46,048 nt of DNA from Chromera velia (Eukaryota). Both the position numbers and the translations under genes were made by a program. Below, piece by piece: positions 1 through 12,512 of this stretch. Numbering within the stretch: position 1 is the first letter of the stretch; each line of letters begins with the position of its first letter. The stretch is taken from the NCBI GenBank assembly GCA_018398765.1, contig JAHBMJ010000475.1, positions 1 to 46,048 on the forward strand, written 5' to 3'. The notes under the pieces are model-generated. The model made no database searches. It was not told where the DNA came from and saw only the letters and a program-made list of their open reading frames with translations.

Positions 1-22
1 GAGAGAGAGAGAGAGAGACAGG

Positions 23-53
<31 letters not shown>

Positions 54-126
54 GGAAAGAGAAAGAGAAAGGGAAAGAGAGAGGGGGAGAGAGAGAGAGA
101 GAGAGAGACAAAGAAACACACACACG
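1..126. repeat. (GA)n microsatellite with a short (CA)n tail, intronic
   Basis: Directly visible upstream of the acceptor AG at 171-172. Confidence 0.9.
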
Positions 127-172
127 CAAGAGATAAAGCCACATTTCTCTCTCTCGTCCTTCCTTCCTGCAG

Positions 173-1680
173 CTGGTGTCTCTGTTGATCCGTTTCATGG
201 CCTTCATCATCGAATCCCTCCGCTCTCAGAGGGGGTGGGCGGCTCACAAGGCCGTCAAGCTAGCTCTCGCTACTGTCGCCAACCTGTGCAACAAAGCGCA
301 GAGTGAGTCAGTGAGTGAGTCAGCCAGAGAGTCGGTCGGTTGTGAGGCAGAAGAGCCCAAAAGGTCGAGGGAGGACGGACTGAAATTGGAAAGAGGAGAG
401 AAAGCCATATTGTGTGTGTGTGTGCTTCGAACGAAGTATGCAGGAAGCTTTTTGAAGGGCGTGTTTAGACACGCTGTCACGAAGAAAATATCTTCGAAGA
501 GAAATCAACGGAAATATAAGGGGTCCCCGCCTCCCTTCGTGGTGAAGTGTTCATAGTTTTTCTTTCGCCTTTTCCCGCTGTGGTTGTTTGTTCTTTGTGC
601 AGACAGAATTTCTGGTTGTTCTTTGTGCAGACCGAATTTCTGTGACTGACGGGCCTCCTCTGATGGATGCTCTGTCGAGCGCTCTGGAGAGCATTCACAG
701 ACAGTCGGGGCCTGTCATATTCTCGAGATCAGTCACTTTGTCCCTGTGGGAGCAAGAGAATGTATGGCGTTCTGCCGGCATCCATCAGTCTGCAGGAAGA
801 AACGGGGGGAGTGCATGGGTGTATGACAAGGGCTTGCGTCAGGGTGTTTCTGTAGAATCCCTCTCACCCCCTCCGGGACTGACTCTGACACCCAGCAGAG
901 AGAGAGAGAGACAGAGAGGAGGGCGCCCCCTCACCCCTCCTCCAGGTCTCTCCCCCCCTCCCTGTGCACTGAAGCCTTCAAGGGAGACAACGGAGACGCC
1001 CAATGGGGCGGTGCACACAGAGAGGGAGGGGGGGGAGTCCGGATCCCCGTCTGTCAGGGAGAGACCCGAGACCCGCGAGCCGGTCTCAGGAAGAAGAAAG
1101 GTGAACCCCCCATGTAGCCCTTCTGCTGATGGATCCCCAGAAGACCAACCCGAGAAGGAGGGGGGCGGGGGGAGAGACTGCCTCTTTGCTTCCCCCCCTC
1201 CCCCCCGAGAGAAAGGAAGAGGAAGTCTGTGTGGGTACGTGAAGGGAAGCAGGACGGCAGTGGAAGATGATACAAGGAATCTGTGTCTGTCTGTGGTCCC
1301 CTCTGGAAGCGAGAAAGAGGGAGCAGGGGGAGAAAGAAGGGAGGGAGAGCCTGGCAGAATATGTGGTTCCAGCTCGAAAGAGAGACACGTAGCTGGTGTG
1401 GAGGCTTTTGCAAAGCACGTCTGTGCGGTCAGTCCGTAAAACAAAATTAGAGATAAAGCTTTTGCTGAAGGGGAGGAAGGAAAGTGGTTCACACAGATCG
1501 AAAGGAGTGAGGAGGCAGAGTGCGAAAAGGAGGTCCGGTTGCGGAGGTCTTCATTTTGTCCATATTGTGTGTGTGCACTTTTGGTCTCCTCTTCTCCCCC
1601 CTGCATGGTTCTACCCCCAGCTCTCTCTCTCTCTCTCCGTCTCTCTGTCTCTCTGTCTCTCTGTCTGTCTGTCTCTCTCT

Positions 1681-1715
<35 letters not shown>

Positions 1716-4700
1716 GTTTGTCTGTGTGCCTTGCTACCCCGCTCCCTCTTTCTTTCTTTCTTTTTTTCTTTTGTGGGCCCCCCCTGACAATAATTTCCCC
1801 GCCCCCTCTCCTGCAGACACTTTTTCCTTTGGCTCAGATGATTGGGGCAGCAGCTGTTGAGAGACAAGGCAGGGGAAACGCAAAGACAGAATCTCAAGCG
1901 GCCAAAAGGAAGAGACTGCAGCGTGAGAAAGAGAAGCAGAGGGATTCCGCTGGGGATGCTGGGGCAGAAAGGGAAAAGGTGCAAGCAAAAGAGGGCGGCG
2001 AAACTGAACCCCTGGCCGACCTCCATGTCGCATCGATGCTGGCAGTCCAACAGGTCTGTCTGTCTGTCTGTCTGTCTGTGTGTGTGTCTCTTTGTCTGTC
2101 TGTCGCGGGGGGGCTGAGCTTCCTTCATTCCTTTATTTGTGCCTTTCCACCTTGATGCAAGGTCGGTGAGGAGGGGTGGAATTAAGACACTTGAAAAAGA
2201 CAGAGAGGCCAAGGAGAATAATCGGATCGGACATTAGATGGAGAAGAACGTCTCCTTTCTTTGTGCAAGTCCGGAGCCTTCTTGATTGCATGTGCTTGCT
2301 GCCTTTCCGTGTTTTCTGAAGTCTTGATCTGAAGGTTCTTTCTTGTTCATCAGTCAGGTGACGCGTAACCTTTTTGTTCCATCGATTAGTTGTGAACACA
2401 ACTTTCTCCTTCCCACACGGATGCTCTTCCTTTCCCTCTCTCTGTAAATAGACCGTGGTTGGTGTCTGTGCCATGTCTTTCAGATGGAAGCCTCGGCGCT
2501 GCGTCTGTTGGAGCTCCTGCAGCCTTTCCTTGTGGTCAGCGTCTCTCCCTCTCTACAGTAGTCTCCAGCCTCTCTCCGTCTCTAGTCTCCTTTGTCGCTC
2601 ATTTGTCCCTTCCCGCCTCTCTTCACTCACACAGAGAGAAGGCGAGGCGGTTTTCGCGGCCCCAGTTGACTGGTCGCTCCTTACCGCCCGTGCGGAAATC
2701 TCGATGCCTGCATTCCTGTTTGATAGTGTTTCTCTGCGTGTGTCCTCCTTCCGTGCCCTTCTCAATTGTGTCCCTCACTTTTATCCAAAATCTTGGGCCG
2801 TTTTGTGACACGACTCTTCTCTTTCATCCCTCCATCTGCTGTGCTTCCACTTCCTCATCAATGCAGGTTGGACTACCATTCGCTTCTGTGAACACCGGAG
2901 AGACTGAGGGTGGAAGGGGACTCGGGGGAGGGGGGGCGGGTACCTCGTCCCCCTCAGCGTCTGCAGGAGGCTCGGCAGCAGAGACCATGAGCGAAGGTCT
3001 GTCGGGGCCGTCTGCTTCTGTTCGGGTGTTAAGAAAAGAAAAATCAAGGCGACGGTCTTGAAGATATCGGGGCAACAGTCTCATTTCTTGCTCACTTTTC
3101 CTCTGTTTGTGGATCTCCTTTCTGTTCGAATCAAAGTGTCGCTTCCATACATCTGCCTGTCTGTCCGTGTGGGCTTTCTTGTTCGTCTGATTGTTGTGCC
3201 TGTCTCTGAAGACGAAGGAGAGAACGATGTGGAGTCTGTCCAGGGTGCTGGTGAGGGAGTGGAGGCTGTGGAGGACAGAGTGGGGGGCCGTTGTGTTGGA
3301 AGGAGAACCCGGTCGGTCGGTCAGAGGAGAGGATGAAAAAGGGGGAGTGAGAAGAAGAACAGATGAAGAGGATAGAAAAATGAGTGGCTGTAAGTGGAAA
3401 GACTCTGCGCTCGCGCAAAACATGGCAGAGACAAAGAGAGGCTGTGAGCTGTAAAAAGGGAGGGTAGTCTTGTCTCTCCCCCCCCCCACTGTTTGAAAGG
3501 GAAGAATTGTCGCGTAGATCCGCACAGACGTCACACGGGAACTGGAGACTTACGGAAGAGAAGACTCTTTTGCTTGCTGGCAATGGAATCCTTCGATCCG
3601 AAAAATGAATTTTACTTTGGAGACGAAGTTTTGTCGCCACTTGTGGACGCCACCTGAAAATTCGATTCGGATGACTTTTTTCCATTCCTCTTCCTTCCTT
3701 CATGAGGCTTTCAGGAACAGGCGAGCACACGGGCGGGGGGGAAAGAAAGCTTCGGATCAATCGGGAGGGCCCTGGTTTCCTTCAGCCCCAGCAATACGGA
3801 CAGCCACAGCTGCGAGCATCCACGGTAGGCCTGACAGATGCAAAGTCCTCTTATGGAATATCGATTTCACAATGGTTGTTTTTAGTATGCTGCAACCGCA
3901 CATTTTAGGCAGATGCAACAGAATTTCTTCCACGTACTTCCAAGCATTCAACTTCTGTCAAGTTCTATTTCCTTCTGTTCTGTTCCCTGTTGAATCGTTC
4001 AATTAGTCTACTCACAAAGAGGGATAGACGGCGCTTCGTCTTTGCATGCGTGTGCTTTCGCCTCGCACATGGTTTTTGTTTTTGCTTCATCCGAGAATTG
4101 TATCTATCTGTTTTTCTCTGCATCTGTCTACGTGTTTCTCTTCGCGCCATGTGTGCATCGGTTGGTTCGTTGATGTACTAGACCATCGATTCGAATGTTC
4201 ACTCAATGGTCCTGTACTAGACCGTCCATTCGTTCATTCAATGGAGGGTCCTTACATTGACTGCAGCACTTCTTCGAGCCTTCCCGCGCGCCTTCTTCGA
4301 CAAGCTTCCTCTCGTCTTCACTCTGCCTGGAGTCGCCCTGAGTCCCCCTCAGGAGGGAGGGGCATGGACATCGGGGGGGGGGAAAGGCGCACAGCAACAA
4401 AAGTGAGTGAGGAGCGAAAGGAAGGCGAAAGTTTGAAATGAAACGAGAGTGCGTGCGTGGACTTCAATTAAAAAAAATCGGGGCGGATAAAAGAGAAAAC
4501 CGAAACGAAAAAAAGAGAAAAGCGGTGGTGGGGACGGAATTCACTTGAAGGCTCGCTATTCGTCTACCTCCCGTACTTTCTTCATTCCTCCATTCATTTC
4601 TGCCTTCCGACGTTCGTCATTTTTTTTTTTTCGAGAGGGGTTCTCCTTGGATTCGTTCTTGTGGTTCAAATTTATTTAGCTTGTCTAGTTTGATTCCCTT

Positions 4701-6431
4701 GGCATAAAATCAATGGCGGATGGGGATCAAGCGAGAAGGCATAAAGGGAATTCGGGAAAGACTGGAAGGAAACAATTCGTCGTTTTTATTCTCAACTTTT
4801 TTCTTTCTTTCTTTCTGATGCTCCGGGACTTTGCAGACAGTCCGCGGCTCTACCTGGGCTCCTTCTTCTGTCCCAGGTAGGTGACTGATTGTTCTACCTG
4901 GGCTCCTTCTTCTGTCCCAGGTAGGTGACTGATTGTTTCTTGGGTGAGAGAGACTGTCTCTCTTTCTGTTGCTTTGTGTGCGTGCGTGTCTGCGGGCTTC
5001 TTTTCCCTCGCTTCTCTCTCCTTCTCTCTTCTCTTCGCCTGAGTGCCGAGGTAAGAGGTGAAAAGAGAATTTTGCAGAAGCTCCAATTTGTATGAGGATT
5101 AGCGTGACGGCGCTTCCTTCCGTCTTTTCTGGACAATATCGGTTTCCTGATTGATTGATTGCAGAGAGAGCCGGACGGAAAGACGAAGGCCGCTCTGGTT
5201 GCCGCGTGTTGCGCAGTCCTGGAGTTCCCCCCTCTTCGCCAGTGGCCTGGGGACTTTGAGGCTCTCTCTGACAAAGAAAAAGAAAGCTCAGCCAGTGCCG
5301 AGGGAGGGGCAAATCCACAAGGGTATGCTACGGGAATAATTGGAAGTCGGGGAGGTCACTCCGTCAGTCGCGTCGGCGGAGCGCACTCAGGAGGGGGGGG
5401 CTTGTTCTCTGCCACTGCGGCTTCGGTTGCAGCCTCGGTGAGGAACGTTCTGAGTGCGCTGTGCGATTCCCTTGCCGCGCCAGGGGTCGAGAGGAGTACG
5501 GAATTCACACAAATGCTGGCGTCAGTCTTGCAATCCCATTGTTTTCTTTGTCTTTTGTCTTTGTTCCACCACCGCTTCATCTTTGCTCCTTACTGTCCTT
5601 CGCATGTAGTTTGACCTTCTGTCTGTGGTATCTTTTCTGTCTGGCTGTGGGCTGCCCTGACTCTTTGTGGTTGCTCCAATGACTTGTGAAGAAGATCTGT
5701 GGGGGATCGTCACTCTTGTGGTCTTCTCCTTCTCCCTTCTGATGCAGTCTTGGACAAGTAGAGGATGAGGACGTAGCTGCCTTGAGACAGACAGTATCTG
5801 CACCCTGCTTCTTTCTTTCCTGTTCGGAGCTACACAGACAGTCTGTTCGTTCGTTCGGCTGTGCCTATCCTTGATGTGCATGCAGACGCCTGGAGGGAGC
5901 GTGTCGTGTGGTCCCTTTCGACAAGTTCCGGTCAGGTCTCCTTTCCCGTTGCGTTCTGTTGGCATCGGACTTGGCGGGTCGTGTGTGGGGATCTGTGTGC
6001 GTTGAATGGGAGAGGCAGAGGGGGGGGGTGAGGCGGGCGCCTGGGGGAGGTGGAATGGTGGAAGGAGGAGAGGTGGGGCAGAGAAACGGGGGAGTGCAAG
6101 TCGGAGGCACAAAAGAGCGTATGTGGTCTTGGGGTCGGCTTTTGGATTGCTTTGAAGACGCCATTGGCAAAGGTGGGTCGCATTTTCTCGTTCGCTCGCT
6201 CGTCTGTTGGATTCTTCTTTTTGTCCGTCCTTTTTTTTCGTTCCTTCCTTGGTCTGCAGGTTGGTTGTTTTTGTCTGTATGTCGGTTTTTCTCCTGTGGG
6301 TCAATGAACAGCACGGCCTGCATCTCTTCCTTCTATGGGCGGAAGCCTCACTCGTCACGTGCATCTTTCTTTTTATGGAGCAGGCAGGAAGTTTGGTCTG
6401 GTACTGTTGTGCTTATGTTTCTGTATTCTGA

Positions 6432-6462
<31 letters not shown>

Positions 6463-6606
6463 GTCTGTCTGTCTGTCTGTCAGGCTCTGTTTGTTCGTCT
6501 GTATCTGTCCGTCTGTGTCTGCTTGTTTGTGTGTCTGTCTGTCTGCCTGTCTGTCCGAAAGAAAGGAAGCGATTCGGAAAAAGTGAAGTGAAGGAAAGAC
6601 GATATA

Positions 6607-6644
<38 letters not shown>

Positions 6645-9383
6645 GTGTGTCTGTGTCTGTGTCTGTGTGTCTGTGCATGTGTGTATATGGGTCTGCGTGT
6701 AGGCATGTGTGTGTATGACATTTTTTTTTTTGCGAAGAGAGTGAGAGTGCGTGGCTTTGTGCAGGTTCAACGAGCCTAGATGCGGCCAGTGCAGCCTTCC
6801 GAGTTGTCTCTCTGACAACGACGCTCCTCGTGAAAGGAGCGGGAAGAGCCGAACTCCAAAGCATTCACACAGCGCCCATTAAAACTCCACCCACACCGCT
6901 CGGGTTGCAGAAGAGCGCGGCAACGACAGTCCTTGACCTGCCCTCGATGTTGATAGGGATAGCAGGGGTGATGACAGAGATAGTCGAGAGCGAGATGGAG
7001 AAAGATATGGAGACCTCGGGTCTTGCTGCACTGCCATCCGAAGATCTCCAGTCACTCCTTGAGTCTTTCCTCCTACCCCCACCGGGATTTGAAGATGTCA
7101 CCCCTGCAGCCCCACCCCCACCCCTGACAAGTCCCCGAAGTTTGTTGTCCACCTCCCTTTCTGCACTGCGAGCGTTGTCCTCTTTCAGCAAAGGCGTTTT
7201 CGGAGGACGGGAGGGAAGAACTGCAGAGCTTGCAGTAGACTTTGCAGAAATGCAATTGGGGGCAGGGGTGGGTGGGATGGGTGGTGCTATTCTGGGGCCT
7301 CTCCATCGTTCTTCGGAGGGTGTGGCTGTGGCTGCAGCGGTGCTGGCTGCAGTGGTGAAGTCCTCCGAGACTTCCCGTCTCCGTGCGACCGATTTGGCTG
7401 TCTCGTCTGGTCTTGTCCTGTTGGAAGAGAAATTTGAGAGTGCAGGGAAGAGCCCGAGTCTGCTCAAGAGTGAAGTCGAAGCGCTGAGTGCCCTCGTGAG
7501 GCTTCTTGCTGTCTTGGAAGATTCAAAAGTGAGTGCAAGCAACTGTTTGTAGTTCTGTTACTCCATCTGTGGACGGCCAGTTGTAAGTAAGTGTTCTTTC
7601 TTTTCTCTCTCGTACTTTACCAGGCAGGCTTATGCAGTCGGAAGATCTTGCAACAGTTAGTCGTTCGGGGTGAATCATTTGGCACAAGTGGAGTCGACAG
7701 GGGAGATAGGGGAGATTCGAGGGAGGAGGGAGAGTGCAGGTCCTTCTTTAATTTCTCTGCAATTGATGATATGCTTTCGCTTCATCTTTGTTCATTTTAG
7801 CGCAGACAATAGCGGGAGAGAGCCAAGAGCAATGAAATGCACTTGAGAGAAGTGAAGAGTCTTCTGTCTCACGATCTTGCTTCGTCTGCATTCCTCATGT
7901 GTGCTTGCTAGCCCTCCTTCATCTCTCCTTCCATTTCGTCTCTTCTTTCCCCTCCTTTGCCAACTCCTTTGGATCTGTGCAGACACTCGCCACAGCAGTG
8001 AGCCTGCTAATCTCTCCCTCGCGGCAGGGGAAACGCAAGGCGGGGAGAGAACAGACGGAACAGGGTGTGCTGACACAGCAGCAGCAGCAGCAGCAGGAGG
8101 AGGAGGACGACACCGTCGGAAGAGGTGACGCCGCCTCGAAGGCACAGACCACCGGACTGGAGACCGTTCTCCTCTGTGCCCCCGATGCAAAGTCGGAAGC
8201 CGAATTCGTGATGGCGTCCTTCGACCTTCTTTCTGTTGCCGTCTCCAAAAACCTCCTCTCAACAGAAGCAGGCGCTGCCGTCCTGTGCCGTCTCTTGATT
8301 CCGCTGAAGCCCACAGCACCAGTCACTTCGGAGCAACCCCCCGAACAGAAGGAGAAGGGACAGGGGGAGGCGCTTGTTTCTTCCTCGCTCTCTGCCCCTG
8401 CCAGGCTTGCTGCCTTGGGGGCAGTCGCCGATATGAGCCGTTTGGGTCTTTTAGTTGGCAAACAGGGGGCAAGCTCCTCCTTTCATTTATTGGGGGGTTT
8501 GGTAGGGGACCGGCCAGACGTCACGTCGGTCTGTATGACGAGCAAGGCAGTAGAGGAACAAGAAAACGAGGGCACAGCAAGACTGCCCATCCCCGTAGGC
8601 TCCACATCACGAGAGGGGACAAAAGAATTCCAATATCAAAGAGAGTCGAGGGAGAAGCCAGTGCCCTCAGAAGACTTGAGTGAAAAACCCATGCCCCCAA
8701 ATCCTAACCCTAAATTGGGATGGTCGCCCTTCGCAGCCACCACTGCTAGTGGCCTCCAGGACCATCTGCTTGATCATATACGGGCTTGGGGGAGAGACGG
8801 GCAAAGGGGGTTGCCGAAGGGTGAGGTCAGGGTTGATACGCATACAGAGGGAAGAAGGGTCGATCAGAAGTCAGACTCAGAAGGGATGCGCAGAGACCAC
8901 ACAGGTTCTGAAATCTCTTCCCAGCTCCGGGGGGGGGAGACGGTGTCTCCGCCTCCTGTTGTTGGTCCAGCAGAGCATTTTGGTGTTTGCAACAGTGTTC
9001 CTCCTCCTCGTGAGGTCCTGGAGTTGATTGCACAGGCAGCACTAACGTCAAAGGGGTTGGGGTCCTGCAATGCGACTAGTCCTCGTCGTCGTACAGAGAG
9101 CGAAGGGGGCGGAGGGCGGGGTATTGTCTTGACTGTGGCGTCAGAGAAGGAGGCTCTGGCTGCTCTGAGAGCTGCAGAAGGGTGGCTGGAGGTGTTGCGG
9201 GAGAGAAATAATGCGCACCCGTTCTCTGTCTGTACTCCTAATTTGGACCGGCTTGTGAGACTGTGCCGAGATGTCACAGGGAGACCGCGTCTAGTCGCGA
9301 CGGCTGAGCGTTTGGCGAAAGAGCTGGGAATTCATAGCGACTTTGCTGCAGGAACGCATTTGTCTGATTCCGCAAATAATTAA
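173..9383 (+). CDS. Large HEAT/ARM-repeat protein, HEATR6/DUF4042-like; 5' end lies upstream of the window. Exons: 173-302, 631-1427, 1817-2053, 2484-2534, 2867-3025, 3212-3311, 3721-3824, 4221-4402, 4837-4876, 5165-5520, 5886-6172, 6765-7528, 7983-9383
   Basis: The 13 exons join through GT..AG introns with consistent phase (4608 nt = 1536 codons, TAA at 9381-9383). Segments PGLLLLSQREPDGKTKAALVAACCAVLE, LFSATAASVAASVRNVLSALCDSL and VVPFDKFRSGLLSR resemble, in order, the DUF4042 region of HEATR6 as recalled. The gene structure is more certain than the family call. Confidence 0.7.
589..642 (+). repeat. 28-bp-period tandem duplication spanning a splice acceptor
   Basis: tgttctttgtgcagacagaatttctg and tgttctttgtgcagaccgaatttctg, one mismatch; AG at 601-602 and 629-630. 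Confidence 0.9.
4174..4244 (+). repeat. Diverged 39-bp-period tandem duplication spanning a splice acceptor
   Basis: tgtactagaccatcgattcgaatgttcactcaatgg versus tgtactagaccgtccattcgttcattcaatgg; AG at 4180-4181 and 4219-4220. Confidence 0.75.
4849..4937 (+). repeat. Perfect 44-bp tandem duplication spanning a splice donor
   Basis: tctacctgggctccttcttctgtcccaggtaggtgactgattgt at 4849-4892 and 4893-4936. Confidence 0.95.
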
Positions 9384-12062
9384 GTGTTAAAGTTGAATCT
9401 GGGTGAGTGGCTGTCATCGCGTTGCCCACTGTCATGTCATTTTCATATATCTTCCTGCTTGCACGTGACGCCATGCATGAAGCAGCGTGATGTGATCTGT
9501 TCTCTAGTCTACTCTAGAGTCCGAGTCTACTCTACTCTATTTTAGAGTTTATCCTATAGAGTTTGTTGTGGAAAGTGCAATCTTTGTAAATCTTTGTGTG
9601 TGTCTGGCTATCTTTATTTCTGTCTGACTCCTAGGTCTGACTCACAAGAACAGTAAAGAACTGTTCTTCAAAGTTTCAAAGATAGTTTGGAAGATCTAGA
9701 TCTAGATCTGGTGAGGGATGGATCATTAATGTTCAGCTAGTAAATTGGCCTAGCTATGTACCTAGCTGTATTAAGCTTTTTATATATATCTTAATTTATT
9801 CAAATCGTTAGCGGGGAATTATAGCCATGAAGGTACGTCTGAATCGGTCTGATGTAGTCTAATGTAGATTAAACTACGTTAGATAATTAAAGTTATCAAA
9901 GGTTAGAACAAAATAGAACAAAGACAATATGAGTTTTAATAATTTTCTGGTCATAGCTGATCAATAATGTAGTGCCTCAATACAAGTTATATTTTAGGTT
10001 TTGTGTTATATAGTCTGTGCTAGTCTTAGCTAGTCTTTACTAGAAGATATTTAATTTCGTGCGAAATGTGTGGGCGTTTCATGCTTGCGGAGTTGTTTTT
10101 GCACCAGTTGTTGCAGAATATTGTTAACTCATATAGTTTGCTCCGTATCTGAGTCTGTAGCTCATTGCAAAGGTGTTTAATCATAAAATATATTTATTCA
10201 CTAGTTACTCACTTCAAAAGTAATATAATCAGGAATATATTCAGGAATATATTCCTAAATTAATTAAAGGGGAGTCTCCACCCCCCGAGCTACATTTTCA
10301 ATTTTTTTTTTTTTAACACAGGTATCATGGCTTGCTGTGACTTTAAGTTTGCATCTTACCTTGTGTTTGAAACTCATGCATGAAGACCCGATTTTTGATG
10401 CAACATGTACAATTGGCTATTCGGCTCTGAATGCATGCACCGATGGCCGCGGCCACTGGAAGAGCGGTGGGCTGGATGTGCACAAGCCTCTAGGCTACTC
10501 CTAAAACATTTATTTTTATAACGTAAAAAAAAAACCACGCACCATTAGAATGACCAAAAAGACTAGTAAGAATCGGACTTGGGCTAATTAATCATTTTAT
10601 TCAATCACATTCAATCACTTCATGGGATAATTAAATATATTTTAATCATAAGTGACTAAACACCTTTGGCTCATTGCTAAGCTCAAAGAATCAGTACACA
10701 GCTGGTAGCTCTGTAGGTGGCACAGTGGCACAGGCAAGCAGCCCTGAAAGCACCTGATTAGCTTTTTGTGGAATGGCAGCTGTGCTGGAGAGACGTTTTT
10801 GCCGTGGCCCCCGAGCTATGGTATCTGTAGCCCAAACTGAAAGGTAAAGTTTAAGGATGAGCCTGACCCCCTGCAGCGAATTTGGCTAGAGATTCTTACT
10901 TCCCTACATTTCGGGTCTCTTTCGGGGCCGGGCATGGGCCGGGCAGTATAAAATTTTGTGCGACGATCGATCCAGTGTTGGTCTACTGTCGGATCCACCG
11001 CATAACTCATGCAGACTGGCATAAACTGTACGACAGCGTTGTCAGACTTTATAATATGGTGAGCAGATGAGGGAAATCTTGGGTTTAAAAATGGACGTGG
11101 ACGTGAGAGTGCATGAATAGAAAACGAGAGCTGGGTGAAACACTCTTCTAACTCCGTCTCCACGCATCTCGATCTGTAAGTTGCGAGTTTCATACTATTG
11201 TTTCCAGACCAAGCAGATCTGGCTTTTGGTCCTAGCTTTAGTCTGTCCTACTCCAGGGAAAGGTGAGTGGTCAACGGTCAACCTGGTCCTGTCTTTGTGT
11301 TTTTCTGCCTATTTGCCTCCATAAATGAAAGGGGGACAGTCAGAGATAGTCAGCTAGCATGCGTATGCGACTCTCTGCCGCGAGTTGCTAAACGCGGACG
11401 CCTTTGGCTTTCCTCTAGCGCTATTCACCCTCTTTGAGCCTGCCAATGTATGTGATTTCCTGTCTGTACTGACATGGGGCTGTGAATCCTTGTGTGTTTA
11501 ATTATATGGGTGAATGAGTAGGCGTGTTTGGTCTCTGAGTCCGTCTACATATCTGTCTGAAAGTAAAATGCTGTCTACGATATTCATTTCGATGCATGGC
11601 GCCCCTGTAGACAAATTTTTCTGGTATTTATGTGACTGGATGCCAGTCTGCGGCGTGTCTTTCTCTTTGTGTGCTCTGTCGGCTAGTCTATCGGTCTTTC
11701 TCCATCCTATATTGTTTTATGCCCCTATTTCTGCATTGAAATTCGTCTTCTTTGAGTGACCCCGTGTACGTCCATTGAGAGCAGGAGTGCTGAGAGGAGA
11801 AGCACAACGGTAAAAAACTGACTGACTGACTCATTGACTCACTGACTCACTGACTGACTGACCGATCCACTAATCGACTGGTGACGACAGACAGTCACAG
11901 TGACTGACTATTTGTCTGTCTTGCTATCTGTGAAGAATTCCCCTCCCCTAAAATAAATGCCTGCCTGTCGGCCGGCCCACCTGCTCGCCTGTCTGCTTAT
12001 CTGTATGTTTATATGTATGTATGTAGGTGCAGGCGTATGCGGGCGTATGTGTATGAGGCCAG

Positions 12063-12069
<7 letters not shown>

Positions 12070-12132
<63 letters not shown>

Positions 12133-12144
12133 AAAAAAGAAAAA

Positions 12145-12223
<79 letters not shown>

Positions 12224-12444
12224 TGGGCAGCTTCTGCTTCAAGGCTCTAGCAGGACTACATCTATGATGTATTTCATTGCATGTGTCTGCTTTTCTGCCT
12301 CGTGTGTCTTTGTACATATGTGAGAGCTTCCTCTGAAAGGCTCTGTGATAGTCCTGCTCCACTCTACTGCAGGGTCTGTGCATGGTTGTCTCTCGGTGTA
12401 TGCTCGCCTGCTTGTTCCTTCGTATGAATACCAGGAGTTGCCCA

Positions 12445-12486
<42 letters not shown>

Positions 12487-12512
12487 TTCTTTCTTTCTTT
12501 CTTTCTTTTTTT
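12070..12512. repeat. Compound (GA)n/(GAAA)n microsatellite with an inverted copy about 195 bp downstream
   Basis: The left arm ends ...gagagaatgtgggcagcttctg (to 12236). The right arm from 12432 reverse-complements to ...gagagaatgtgggcaactcctg. Confidence 0.85.

Noticed and set aside
839..2212. 457-aa minus-strand ORF and similar ORFs with THTH/RERE/LSLS runs
   Set aside because: Produced by microsatellites and antisense to real exons.
3026..3211. Two in-frame TGA codons suggesting recoding
   Set aside because: Both fall inside a GT..AG intron (3026-3211) whose removal keeps the frame.
4849..4936. Palindromic repeat resembling a CRISPR repeat
   Set aside because: Only two abutting copies, no unique spacer, no cas genes, and a eukaryotic intron context.
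10264..10290. TTAA|AGGGGAGTCTCCACC, like a Kolobok-type terminus
   Set aside because: No matching inverted end was found in the window.
10726..11070. Possible pseudogene frame with C-to-T-type stops
   Set aside because: Five internal stops in 115 codons is near random expectation, and no family motif was recognised.
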